From a virus (Duplodnaviria; Caudoviricetes), in the IMG/VR virus record IMGVR_UViG_3300044708_000053, positions 604 through 64,603 of that record: a DNA stretch of 64,000 nucleotides; one strand, given 5' to 3'. The position numbers and the translations under genes are program-made. The notes beneath the pieces were generated by a model. That model ran no database searches. It was given only the letters and a program-made list of their open reading frames with translations, and was not told the origin of the DNA. Below, one piece after another: positions 35,027-45,100 of the stretch (positions are counted from its first letter, which is position 1; each line of letters opens with the position of its first letter).

Positions 35027-37588
35027 TCAATCACCCTCATAAAGAAGTAATGCCTGGCTGAGTTTCTTTCCGGCTGTGTCGTCAGTTTGATGCGCTGCTA
35101 CAATGTTCTCATCCCACACTGCATCTGCTATCAATCCGCTTGTGGGGAATACCGGATCAACCACTGCGATTACAACTCCACACTCGTAGAGAAAGTAGTC
35201 AACACTCGTCCCCCCGGTGACCAGACCGATCGCAGCAGCAGCGGACGGGTAGACTGATTGGGTGACGCCTTTAACTACACCGGTCGGCGTGCTGCCGGGA
35301 ATACTGATTGAGTAATCAATTCCATCTACTGTAATCGAAGGAGAGCCCGCGCCAATGGCCGATGACTTCTTTACCCATAACCAGCCCATGCAGCCGAGCA
35401 CCAAGAGCCGCGAGATGTCAATATCACCAGACTCAGCGGATTCAAGGCCGTAGTTCTGTCGTGCCTGTGATGAGCCCGCCTGTTGACGATAGTTCGTTTC
35501 GCTCAGCGGTCGCTCATTAATCGCGCCTGTGCCTCCAGTAGTATCAAATTGATCTTCATTGACAGTTGTTGGAAACTTTGCCACACAGCGTATATCGCCG
35601 GGATCGGTCAAGTCTCCTAAGTCGTCAATGTATAAGTGACTGATCCAGCGGTTGGCATTGGAGCCGCTCGAGTCGCCGCCAAATAACAGGAAGCTTGTAA
35701 GTGAGGTCTGTCCATTTGTGAATTGATTGAACAAGGTCAATTCATTAACGCCGTCAACATATATCGCTACGTCTAAATCGTCAGCCCCGACAGCCATTAG
35801 CCACGAGATAGTAATGCGATAGAATGTGTTGACGGACAATGAACGAGTGCCGTCCGTTGTTCCCGCTCCCGCTGCCTGCCATTGCAGGACTCCAGCAGAA
35901 GTGATCGCCAGCGTTCCCAGTGCAGATCCCAACCCATTGTCGAGCGTGGCTATGGGCTCGGGAGTCCCCGAAGGGAGAGCGTCTGTGCGCCAGTAGAAAC
36001 TCAACCTACCCGGATCAACGCTGATACTTTTACGTCCGATATTGCTATCCGGTACAAGCTTCAACGATGAATGCGAATATGGGCCACTCGGTTTGATTGT
36101 CGTATCCCAGACGGGAGCACCTGTAACGCGATCATAAAGATGGGTTCCACCTGTTGCCGCCCCTCCCGGTTCAAGAAAGACGATATTGCCTCCCTTTCCA
36201 AACAAACCAGACCTGACCGCCGAAATAATCTGACTGGACGTGAGCGGAGTCCCGCCTGCGTTATCAGCCACTTCCTTCACCACGGAACCGCTGATCGCAT
36301 CAGCGTAAGTCTGGCCACTATCTGTTAAAAACATTCCTTCCGCGATTTGCGCCACTGTTGGGACATCTCCTACAGCAGCAGGAGCAGCAGGTAAGTTATC
36401 AGCCTTGGCTTTAATAGCGGCGGAGTCTGATTTTACTGCTGCGATATCCGCACTCACCGATGCTCCTGCTGGAGCGCCTAAACGAGCAAACGCGTCTCCG
36501 GTCATTGCTGGAGCGGTTGTGCCTTTCCAGTCAATCACGTTTGCATCGATCTGATTCGCGACGGTGAAAACTAATTGATCAGTCTTCGTCTTGATTGCGC
36601 CTGTATCACTCTTGGCAGCAGCAATGTCAGCACTAATTGAAGCCCCAACTGGAGCGCCGAGACGCACGTAAGCATCGCCTGTCAAGAAATCAATAATGCG
36701 TTTGGCGATTGATCCGGCAGTCGTCATATCAGAAGTCAACGCATTCCAGATATCGGCGACTGAGTGACTACTACGAGTTGAGATTGCAGCGTCAAGATTA
36801 TCCAGCTTTGCAGCTCGAGCATCGGTCCATACATCATCGACGAGTAGTCCGCCTGCTGCCCCGGGAACGGCATCAGGAAGAGAGTTTATCGTTCCGGTGG
36901 GGGTAGCCTTGTCGAAGAACTTCTTGAAAGCTGCCGCGATCTGTCCAGCAGTTTCAGTTAACGCCGTCCCGAGAATTTGCGAGAGATTGGATTTCACTAC
37001 ACCGGAAGTAAAATCAAGTTGACCTGCTCCTGTTCCAGTCGAGAGCAATACACTTGCCCCGATGTCTCTTGCGGTTACAGTCGTTCCACCAAACTTCGTA
37101 GTATTCACCGCTTGATCTGCCGCGAGGAGAACGCTTGTGCCGATATCTCTACCTGTCTGTGTAGTTCCGCCCAGTTTAACTGCATTGGCATCGACCTGTC
37201 CGTTCGCCGGTTGGTTGATCTGTCCTGCCCCCGTGCCGCGCGTGTAAAGCCCCCCAGCGGCCTCAGCAGCAGCATTAGGAAGAGCGGTTAATCCCAGTCT
37301 GACAGCATCGGTAGGATCGGCGGCTGTGGTGACGATGTTGACTGTCTGTGGGACTGCCCCTGTGCCGGTGAAGTTGAAGCCGATGTTATTGCCATTCGTA
37401 TCAGCTTGAGTCATTGCGTACTTATAAAATCCTGTGGTTCCGTCCTCAGTGACGGTTCCGCCGCCAGCTGCAAACGTGCCATCAATACAACGCCGCACGG
37501 TCCAAGTGACACCACTCTTGATCCCTCCCGTAGTGGCATCGACGCCTTGAAGGTGGATAAATTGACCGGCTACGTTCTTTCTAAACAC
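35027..37588 (-). CDS. Tail fibre/minor structural protein with internal repeats and a beta-sandwich domain
   Basis: Ala/Gly/Thr-rich, duplicated 26-34 aa blocks, end of the tail operon. Confidence 0.65.
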   Translation of the reverse strand: MFRKNVAGQFIHLQGVDATTGGIKSGVTWTVRRCIDGTFAAGGGTVTEDGTTGFYKYAMTQADTNGNNIGFNFTGTGAVPQTVNIVTTAADPTDAVRLGLTALPNAAAEAAGGLYTRGTGAGQINQPANGQVDANAVKLGGTTQTGRDIGTSVLLAADQAVNTTKFGGTTVTARDIGASVLLSTGTGAGQLDFTSGVVKSNLSQILGTALTETAGQIAAAFKKFFDKATPTGTINSLPDAVPGAAGGLLVDDVWTDARAAKLDNLDAAISTRSSHSVADIWNALTSDMTTAGSIAKRIIDFLTGDAYVRLGAPVGASISADIAAAKSDTGAIKTKTDQLVFTVANQIDANVIDWKGTTAPAMTGDAFARLGAPAGASVSADIAAVKSDSAAIKAKADNLPAAPAAVGDVPTVAQIAEGMFLTDSGQTYADAISGSVVKEVADNAGGTPLTSSQIISAVRSGLFGKGGNIVFLEPGGAATGGTHLYDRVTGAPVWDTTIKPSGPYSHSSLKLVPDSNIGRKSISVDPGRLSFYWRTDALPSGTPEPIATLDNGLGSALGTLAITSAGVLQWQAAGAGTTDGTRSLSVNTFYRITISWLMAVGADDLDVAIYVDGVNELTLFNQFTNGQTSLTSFLLFGGDSSGSNANRWISHLYIDDLGDLTDPGDIRCVAKFPTTVNEDQFDTTGGTGAINERPLSETNYRQQAGSSQARQNYGLESAESGDIDISRLLVLGCMGWLWVKKSSAIGAGSPSITVDGIDYSISIPGSTPTGVVKGVTQSVYPSAAAAIGLVTGGTSVDYFLYECGVVIAVVDPVFPTSGLIADAVWDENIVAAHQTDDTAGKKLSQALLLYEGD

Positions 37589-37589
37589 G

Positions 37590-38090
37590 TTAGAAAGCGC
37601 CTCCTATTGTCTTTGTGGCTCCGATGGCCCAACCCGGACTAAACGTTAAAACTGGCGCATCAATATAACTAGAACCGTTGACGGTAATCGTTCCGTTCTT
37701 ATTTCCAGTACCCGATGGTCTGCTATGCCACCATTCGAGTGCAAGTTGATCGTTGGCGTTCCACGCTCCCGAGTCCCATGAAATATTATCATCATAAGTA
37801 CCCGTTGCAGTGCGGGAGGTTCCAAAACTGGAAGTAGATTGAGCTACTCCTGACGAGTTGCGACGCACTAATCGCAGATGCATCGAATAAGGCGTCGTCA
37901 TGGCGGACACAACGTAGTGAATCGCCCAAGTCTGAGTACCGCTTTGCAATTCACCCGCCGATAACCCGGTGCGAACAAGCGTTAGAGCGAGCGTGTCGGT
38001 GGACGTGGCGACATTGCCTGAACCGATAGTTGTACCGCTCGGGGTGAGCGAGAGTGCGGTAGTTGAAACGAGATAGTTACGCTGGGCCAT
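37590..38090 (-). CDS. Minor tail protein (beta-rich)
   Basis: Ser/Thr/Gly-rich; operon position. Confidence 0.55.
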   Translation of the reverse strand: MAQRNYLVSTTALSLTPSGTTIGSGNVATSTDTLALTLVRTGLSAGELQSGTQTWAIHYVVSAMTTPYSMHLRLVRRNSSGVAQSTSSFGTSRTATGTYDDNISWDSGAWNANDQLALEWWHSRPSGTGNKNGTITVNGSSYIDAPVLTFSPGWAIGATKTIGGAF

Positions 38091-38330
38091 TTATCTCCAG
38101 ACGGTGAACTGCTCAGGGTCAGATTCGCTCGCTCTTAGATTGTCGCGCGTGCCGCAGTTTGGACAAGGCTTCTCTGTGATATGTAGCCAGTGGCCCTCGT
38201 GTTTTATGAGCTTCGTATGCGAGCGAAATGGGAAACCGGGGAATCCGCCACAGCGACAGAAGCAGGTCATTTCTGACATCCCTGCGAACTGGTTCCAATC
38301 GACTTCTGGTAGCGCCTCACTCATTGTCAC
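38091..38330 (-). CDS. Small Zn-ribbon protein inserted in the tail operon
   Basis: CFCRC...CPNC. Confidence 0.55.
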   Translation of the reverse strand: MTMSEALPEVDWNQFAGMSEMTCFCRCGGFPGFPFRSHTKLIKHEGHWLHITEKPCPNCGTRDNLRASESDPEQFTVWR

Positions 38331-38839
38331 CCCCTCTTAAAGACTGTGCCCTTCTTAAATTCAAGTACCGTAGCGCTGTACGATTTACCGACTCGCTGCA
38401 CAAGATTACCCGATCCTGTGGGTGCTGTGGCTGTTACTCCTCCCGGTATGGAAGCAGATAGGTATTGCTCCTCACCGCCTGTCAATCCTGAGAGTTGATT
38501 ATTCAGGCCTTGACTGTAAACCGTGGCCGGATCGCCTGAATCAACATCTGCCAGCACGAATCCATCAGCTTGCTTACCTGCGCTCGCGTCGGCTAATCGG
38601 GCTTTTGGTGTGCCTGAGTCATTCCAGATATTCACAAGATCTCCTGCGCCTAAAGCTTCTGAAGCGGTGAAATCGGTTCCTACCCCGGCGATATCATCAA
38701 GCAATGCAAAGGTTCCCGGCTTATTAGGAAGATCATACGTTCGTTCAGTAGAAAGCCCTGATGCGTCCACCACGGCCCGGTTAAAGCCGATGCGGAATGT
38801 CTCAGTTACCGTGCCTACTAATCGAAGCCAAAGTCCCAT
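38327..38839 (-). CDS. Minor structural protein (DUF2190/cement-like C-terminal domain)
   Basis: ASEALGAGDLV...ARLADA...ADGFV...GL.GG...YLS...G..T.TAP...VQRVG. Confidence 0.55.
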   Translation of the reverse strand: MGLWLRLVGTVTETFRIGFNRAVVDASGLSTERTYDLPNKPGTFALLDDIAGVGTDFTASEALGAGDLVNIWNDSGTPKARLADASAGKQADGFVLADVDSGDPATVYSQGLNNQLSGLTGGEEQYLSASIPGGVTATAPTGSGNLVQRVGKSYSATVLEFKKGTVFKRG

Positions 38840-39529
38840 TTAACTAGGAATCGCATAGAAGACTAAGAAGCGAGCGGAGCCTGCCGTCGCGCTTCCCGCC
38901 GCATAGGTGATAATCAAAGCCTCAGTACCGCCCGGGGCGGTTACGCCGGGATGGATCTCGATAACGGTGCCTGCGAGCTGAGTTAGATCGATATCGGTAG
39001 ATGCCACATACTTGGATACTGTTCCAGAGATCCCCACAGACGCGGACGGAGTTCCATCAAAGGCAGTGTCAATGATTACCTGAATCTTCTCGATGATGGC
39101 GCTCGCTGGCAAGGTAAACATAGCCAGAGGCGAAGTACTATCGAAAGCCAAAGTAGTCGTATCGGCTTTGTCGCTGGAGGCGGTACTCGCCGCGTCCTCG
39201 AAAGTCAACACCCCATTACCATCAGTAACGATGGCCTGACCGGGTGAGCCATCCGTAGGCGGCAATGTAAGCGTAACCGCGGCTCCCATTCCGCTCGAGG
39301 GGCGCTGCAAGGTGTACTTCCAGTCAGTCCCAGAACCTGCCGCATCGGAGTTTAGATCCACGATGTTCCCGCTGACATTCAGCTTCGACATGGTGACTTC
39401 CGCATCCGCTGAATCCCCGGGATTGCGGACCGCTAGATTGCCACTGGAGTTCTTCAACCGTGGGCCAGTGAAGCCAATGCGAAAGAACGCTTTCGTAGTG
39501 CCGAGTATGTCCTGCCAGATAGAAGCCAT
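38840..39529 (-). CDS. Minor tail protein
   Basis: Shares an N-terminal motif with 38327-38839 and a C-terminal domain with 39547-40053. Confidence 0.6.
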   Translation of the reverse strand: MASIWQDILGTTKAFFRIGFTGPRLKNSSGNLAVRNPGDSADAEVTMSKLNVSGNIVDLNSDAAGSGTDWKYTLQRPSSGMGAAVTLTLPPTDGSPGQAIVTDGNGVLTFEDAASTASSDKADTTTLAFDSTSPLAMFTLPASAIIEKIQVIIDTAFDGTPSASVGISGTVSKYVASTDIDLTQLAGTVIEIHPGVTAPGGTEALIITYAAGSATAGSARFLVFYAIPS

Positions 39530-39546
39530 CTTTATTTCTCCTTCGT

Positions 39547-40053
39547 TTATGTTTGCATTTCCACTACTACCAGCCCCGCTCCCTGAGACGCTCCTAATCC
39601 GGGGGTGATAAATAAGAGTACTTGAGTATCAGTGTCATAAGTCAGGTTCGGCGTTACCTGATAGGCCGCTGCTTCGCGAGGCTCATTTTCGAAAGCGGCC
39701 ATGAGTCTTTCCGATTCGTCCTCATCCCCGATTGTTAGAACTGGGCCTGTTCCGTCAAACGCTGTCTCAATGAAAATCGTAACTCGCTGAATTAACTTAT
39801 TCGCTTCTGCGAGAAACAATACTGCCGGAGTCGCATCACCAAACGAGAACGCAATCTCTATCCGCGGTGATCCACCCGGGCCTTGTGGTCCTACCGCTCC
39901 CGCTGGTCCGGGCTCACTGACTTCAAGAATCTCAACCCCAGTTTCTTCACTGACTACGAGGGTGACTTCCTCAACTACTTCAACCGTGCCTGCTTCCTCG
40001 ATGACGATTTCAAATTCATCGAGATCTACAACTACCTGTTCCCCAGTCGGCAT
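39547..40053 (-). CDS. Minor tail protein with short collagen-like segment
   Basis: Acidic N-terminus, GPAGAVGPQGPGG, IETAFDG domain. Confidence 0.6.
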   Translation of the reverse strand: MPTGEQVVVDLDEFEIVIEEAGTVEVVEEVTLVVSEETGVEILEVSEPGPAGAVGPQGPGGSPRIEIAFSFGDATPAVLFLAEANKLIQRVTIFIETAFDGTGPVLTIGDEDESERLMAAFENEPREAAAYQVTPNLTYDTDTQVLLFITPGLGASQGAGLVVVEMQT

Positions 40054-40415
40054 CAGACTTTCTTCTCAAGGGTCAGAGTCCCGCGCAGTTTGCGCAATAT
40101 GTTTCCGGCTGAATCGGTTACTTCAAAACGATAGGAAGCAGCATCCCATGTGTAGGTGTCGGTAACTTCGTCGGCAATGAAGATAGTGATCTTCTTGTTT
40201 GTGTAGTCGATGACGATGTTCTGATCCGCTGGGCCATCAGTGATGATCTGAATTGGCTCGCTGTTATCGGGGCGGATGAAAAACAGGGCCGAGTCCAGAC
40301 CGTCTAATGACAGCAACTCCCCAGCCTGATTGCGAAACTTGATGACACGAGTGAAGGATGCGCCCTGTTTGACAATGAAGTCCTTTTGCGGGGTTTTCTG
40401 GGGATCGGGTGTCAT
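40053..40415 (-). CDS. BppU N-terminal-like beta-sandwich tail protein
   Basis: IVKQGASF, ITIFI...T......Y..EVTD..G...R.LRG.L.L. Confidence 0.65.
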   Translation of the reverse strand: MTPDPQKTPQKDFIVKQGASFTRVIKFRNQAGELLSLDGLDSALFFIRPDNSEPIQIITDGPADQNIVIDYTNKKITIFIADEVTDTYTWDAASYRFEVTDSAGNILRKLRGTLTLEKKV

Positions 40416-40423
40416 CGCAGCGC

Positions 40424-40453
40424 AGTATAGCGTACTTGAATGCTAGGGCTTAA
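40424..40453 (-). promoter_or_regulatory. Possible internal promoter giving a leaderless mRNA
   Basis: TATACT 8 nt before the ATG at 40415, weak -35 (TTAAGC), AT-rich upstream tract. Confidence 0.4.
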
Positions 40454-40467
40454 TAATAATTTAAGCA

Positions 40468-42108
40468 TCAGAATGCCTGAATCTGCGTAGCGATAAGCGG
40501 AGCTACGATATCGTTACCAGCATCTGTGAGATGAACTAAATCGGAATAGTAAGTCGTATTCGTCTCGTCGCCTGTATCGCCTATTGTTGAGTTACCCGCA
40601 AGATTAGCTACCAGATAACCCTCCACAGCCGCATTCGAGGCGAGCAAACTATTAAACGATGCTCGCCAGGTTGCGAAATCGCCCGGCGTTCCTGAGTTGG
40701 AGCGCGGTAAGACGTTAGGGATGACTACATTAAAACCTACTTCCTGCGCCATGTGGCAGAGCGTCAGAATCGAAGCGAACGCTTGCGCCGCAGTCACTGA
40801 GGAGTCTGCATAGTGGTGGTTTGTGGCCTCCCACATTACATAGATGTTCTTCGATCGCTTTGGGTTATACAGAGGGGCGATCTGCGAGCCAAAATCCGCG
40901 ATCATTTGTGGCGTTGTTTGTCCTGACACGCCGAAGTTCTGCACCACAAACATAGACTCTAGTGGCGTTCCTGCCGCGCAGTTCCCCGCCAGACAGTTAT
41001 TGATCCTCACTTGTAGAGAATTGCTCATCAGGGAGTTGCCATCAAGCACCAGCAGCGGAGCCAGCACTCCGCTTTCTTCAAGCGCGTAGGTCTGCATGAA
41101 AAACTGGTTGACTCGCTTGATCGTCGCAGTTGTGTGCGCCTGATCGAACAACCATACATCATCATAATCACCGTCCCAGTAACGTCCCGTTGTTAATCGA
41201 TCTGAGCCGATCAATGAAGCGCGCAGGTTTCCGGTTGAACGGAATACGAAACACCTGACAGAGGTCGATTTAAGCAGGTTAATCGGCGCATCCTCAAATC
41301 CATTGACCCACGCCGCACCGTTTCGGAGATTTGAATTAGCGTTAGTTGAACTAATGAGCTTATTCCCATCGCCACCGTGGAAGTCAAAGTAAGTTGCCGG
41401 ACTACCGAGAAACCCGGCGCTATCCTGCGATCCGGTGCGGTGCTTCATTACGAAGTAGGCGGTCCTGATCGTCGTCACTTCTGTAAAACTTAGATAGTCG
41501 TTTGAGCCGTCCATTCGGATCGTAGGTTGGCCGTTCTGCTCATTAGTCTGGTATGACGGTTTATTCCCAGACGTTGCTTGGACTGCCGGATCGTTTGTAG
41601 TTGAAACGTCGGGAACGGACGCGATCGGATCCCCGTCGACCAGCGAGGTAATGTTTCTCGCGCTCCAGCCGCGCAGTAACCCCGGAGCCGATGCAGGATC
41701 AAGTGGCACTACTGTCTCTACTAATCCGTGTTGGCGCATGGTCCCTATGATGACGTTGTCTTTTTGCGCCAGTGAGTTGATGAGATTTTTAATAGCGGGT
41801 AGAACGTTGTTAACAAGATCATCGCGTAGGGCATCGACACTTGCCGGTGAGTCTCCCGGGTTCGGAATAATGGCTGCGGGGCTGTCTGCGAAGTCTGCTA
41901 TCGGAGGCTGCTGTTCAGTTACTACTCGTACACCGTCAACTGAATACGACTCGCTCACGTTGACGCTAACCACGTCGTAGATGCCATCCGCCGGTATCGG
42001 CAGCGAGTCTACATCGGCATCCACAGCCATGATCATATCGCGCACCGCTGGATGAATAGCCGCTGCCGGATCGGGAATCGGGTAGTTTCTATTGGGGGTG
42101 TCGCCCAC
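40468..42108 (-). CDS. Tail-associated protein with LamG-like domain and SGNH/GDSL esterase
   Basis: DGNSL (block I), NFGVSGQTT (II), EATNH (III), DLVH (V). Confidence 0.8.
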   Translation of the reverse strand: MGDTPNRNYPIPDPAAAIHPAVRDMIMAVDADVDSLPIPADGIYDVVSVNVSESYSVDGVRVVTEQQPPIADFADSPAAIIPNPGDSPASVDALRDDLVNNVLPAIKNLINSLAQKDNVIIGTMRQHGLVETVVPLDPASAPGLLRGWSARNITSLVDGDPIASVPDVSTTNDPAVQATSGNKPSYQTNEQNGQPTIRMDGSNDYLSFTEVTTIRTAYFVMKHRTGSQDSAGFLGSPATYFDFHGGDGNKLISSTNANSNLRNGAAWVNGFEDAPINLLKSTSVRCFVFRSTGNLRASLIGSDRLTTGRYWDGDYDDVWLFDQAHTTATIKRVNQFFMQTYALEESGVLAPLLVLDGNSLMSNSLQVRINNCLAGNCAAGTPLESMFVVQNFGVSGQTTPQMIADFGSQIAPLYNPKRSKNIYVMWEATNHHYADSSVTAAQAFASILTLCHMAQEVGFNVVIPNVLPRSNSGTPGDFATWRASFNSLLASNAAVEGYLVANLAGNSTIGDTGDETNTTYYSDLVHLTDAGNDIVAPLIATQIQAF

Positions 42109-45100
42109 TTAAAACACCCCCTTCACTGATAGACCTTTCTGGTTGGGAGCAAGGGGTGAGACCTGCCACATTTCCACTCGCAAATTGCCAGTTGCGATGC
42201 CTACACCGCTGTTGTCATTCTCTTGTTGCAGTAAGCTGTAAATTGTCTGTGGCAACTGAGCGCCGCCGAGCGTGATGTTTTCCACCTTAGCTACGCTTGC
42301 CCCGCTAGGTCCGCCATTGGTGAGAGCGACACGAAGGAAGGTTGGCCCGGTCGGTGCAATATCTTTGAGGATTACATTAGGTGCTGCCGCTGGGTTAATC
42401 GGAGATCCTGAAAACTGCCATCGTATCTCAGTGCCGGACCAGACAATTCGCACAAACACAACACCGTTGACTGTCGGCACATCTATGGCCGCTTCTTGAT
42501 TCGTGGACCAATCGAACACAAGGATATGCGTCTGCGTTGTCGAGCTGCCTACAAGGTCAAAGAGAGCCCCTGTAGCGGTCCCAAAGGGGTCAGTAAAATC
42601 ACTTGGCCCAAAACTCAACCCAACGTTACCGGGTAGAAACGGGCCTGATGGCGGCGTCAGAGTAACGCGAGCATTGATCTCACCACCTAGAGCAAACGGC
42701 TGTGTGACATACGCGGCAGAGGGATTGAGCGCTCCGATCACGTTGTTATTAGAAATAGTCGCATGCGTGGTGCTGGTCCACGTCCCGCCGCCTTCAGCGT
42801 GAATAATATGATCAAGGATTGCTGCCTGACGCACACCCGGCACAATAGGAATATTGCGCAAGAAAGTGTTGGTGGAATTGCGCGTTAGACGGGCCACGTA
42901 AGACTCAGGCCGTTGTGCTTCAGTCGGATGGCCCACTGCCGAGATGAGAAAATCGCCAGAACTGTCATGCATCGCATTGAGATCTGTAGGTGGCGCAGCT
43001 CGCAGCGATTGTCCGGTCCATGTAAACGAGATCGGCGTAGCGTCTCCGATGTCCTGATTTGTGGTGACGAATTTGTAGCTAAAGGGAATCCCAACCCGAT
43101 CAGGATTCATTTCCACGAACTTCTCTGCGCCGTTGATTAGCACTACGCGCTCACTTGCACCGTGCACCAAGCCTTCAACATCACTATGGAAGCGTCCGCG
43201 AAATAGATTACTGACCGTGATATTTGCGCCGGACCTGTTAACCGTCTTTGCCTGCACGTATTCATTTCCAATCAGTAGCAGGTTGCGATAAGGATTCGCT
43301 ACCAGATCGGCCTCAGTGCAAGTTACTAATGACGGGAATGGATCCTCGTACTTGAATGAGAACGTGACAGTGTTGGTTGTGTCGAGTGGGACGATATTCG
43401 CCACTGTGCCGAGTGTAGTTGACGCGACTCCGATTGACGCGGGCACATCGCCACTGGTGAGGAATGTATAACCATCTCCAAAGTCAGCCCACAACGCCCA
43501 GCCGGACCAGTCTCCATCGATACTGAGATCGTGTCCAGCAGAAATATAAAATCCTCGTTTGAGTAAATCTGCCTCTCTTGGCGTAGGAGTATCAATAAAC
43601 TCAGCTAACGTGTCTTTCGTTTGCACATATCTGAGTGTCGAAGCGAGCGGAATTCGATGTGCTCCCACATCATCAGAAAACATTGTGGTCGAATAACGTC
43701 TTGCTTGATTAACCAGTACATCGTGATTTGGCTTGATTCGCAAGTCCTCAATCCGCGTAACGACATTGACCAATCCACCTGAATCGTCAGAGGCGCAAAT
43801 TACGTCACCCTCTTCCAGCACCAGTCCTGCCGGACCTGTAGCGAGGGAATTAAACCAATCACCTTCACGGGACTTTGAAAGCTTCCATCCGGCCACTCGC
43901 GCCACCTGATGAACCGAATCAACCGCTGTGAGATCAAGCTTTTCTGAGAACACTTTCTTTACCTGCAACTGATGTGCTTTATCGTTGTAAGTGAAGGGCG
44001 TGAGGGCAAAGTCGTTCTTTGCATCCCGGAAGTCACCCTTGATTTGATTGATCGATTCCTGTCGTGAACCGAGCGGCCACTTGAACGAGTCTTTAACCAC
44101 ATTTGCTCGAGTGAGTCCGGCTTGCTGAAGAACAGTTGAGCCATCCTCGGTGAATGTCACTGTCCCACTGACAACTGTCCCGCCTGCTGAAGTAGGCCAC
44201 GAGGGTTCAGTGGTTCCGGTTGTGCCTGCTGTCGTGACTTTGTAACGATGACCATTGGCGATAGTTGGTAAGTAGATCTCATTCAGCACCGTTACACGCA
44301 ACTTAGACCACGCGGGAAATACATCTTGAGAATTCGTTGCGAACGACATTGCCACACGGATCAATTCCTCAGAAGTCGTATTTGAGCTCGGCGGAATTGC
44401 AGCGCCAGGATCTGGTAGTGCGTTGATTGAGAAATTCGAGTTATTTGTGCGCGTCGTAATAAATCGAAGATTGGTGGAATTCTCACGCTCGCTCATGTAG
44501 AAGTCACGCGCTACTCCAGCGAGAGCAGGAAGAGATGACACGTTAATTTGCTGATTCGCCGTGAGTACAACAGAGGCGAGAGCAGTCAATGCGGTCGAAC
44601 CGCTATTCGTCACATCAGCATAAGCGACTTTATAAGTACCCGCTGCTAATGAGCCGGAACCCGCCGCCGCTACGGTTGGCGCGGAAGTGGGGTCATTAAT
44701 ACCGATAGTATGCGCTTTCAACAATGCAGGGACGGTGAGCGCCCCGTGCAGGCAGACGATTGTGATAATCGTCGGGGATGCCGCGCTCCAGATGGCCCGG
44801 ATATATTTATTCAAACGTTGATTCGCGTTGATGTAGTGATGAAGCATGGCCGCGGTTGTTCCTGTCGTATCAATAGAGTCGAGAGTATAGCTTACTGCAA
44901 TGCCGTTGATTGTCACTGTGATGGTGTTACCTGTTGCCGGAGTGCCGCCGATCGTAATCGTCCCACTGGCCTGCACGGAAGTTGAGCCACCTGTGAGTGT
45001 CCCGCCTGATGCAGTAGCTGTCACTCCACCTGATGCGCTCGCGGCTAAGGTAATTGAATTGCCGGATGTTGAAAATACAGCAGCAGATGGCGTTCGCACT

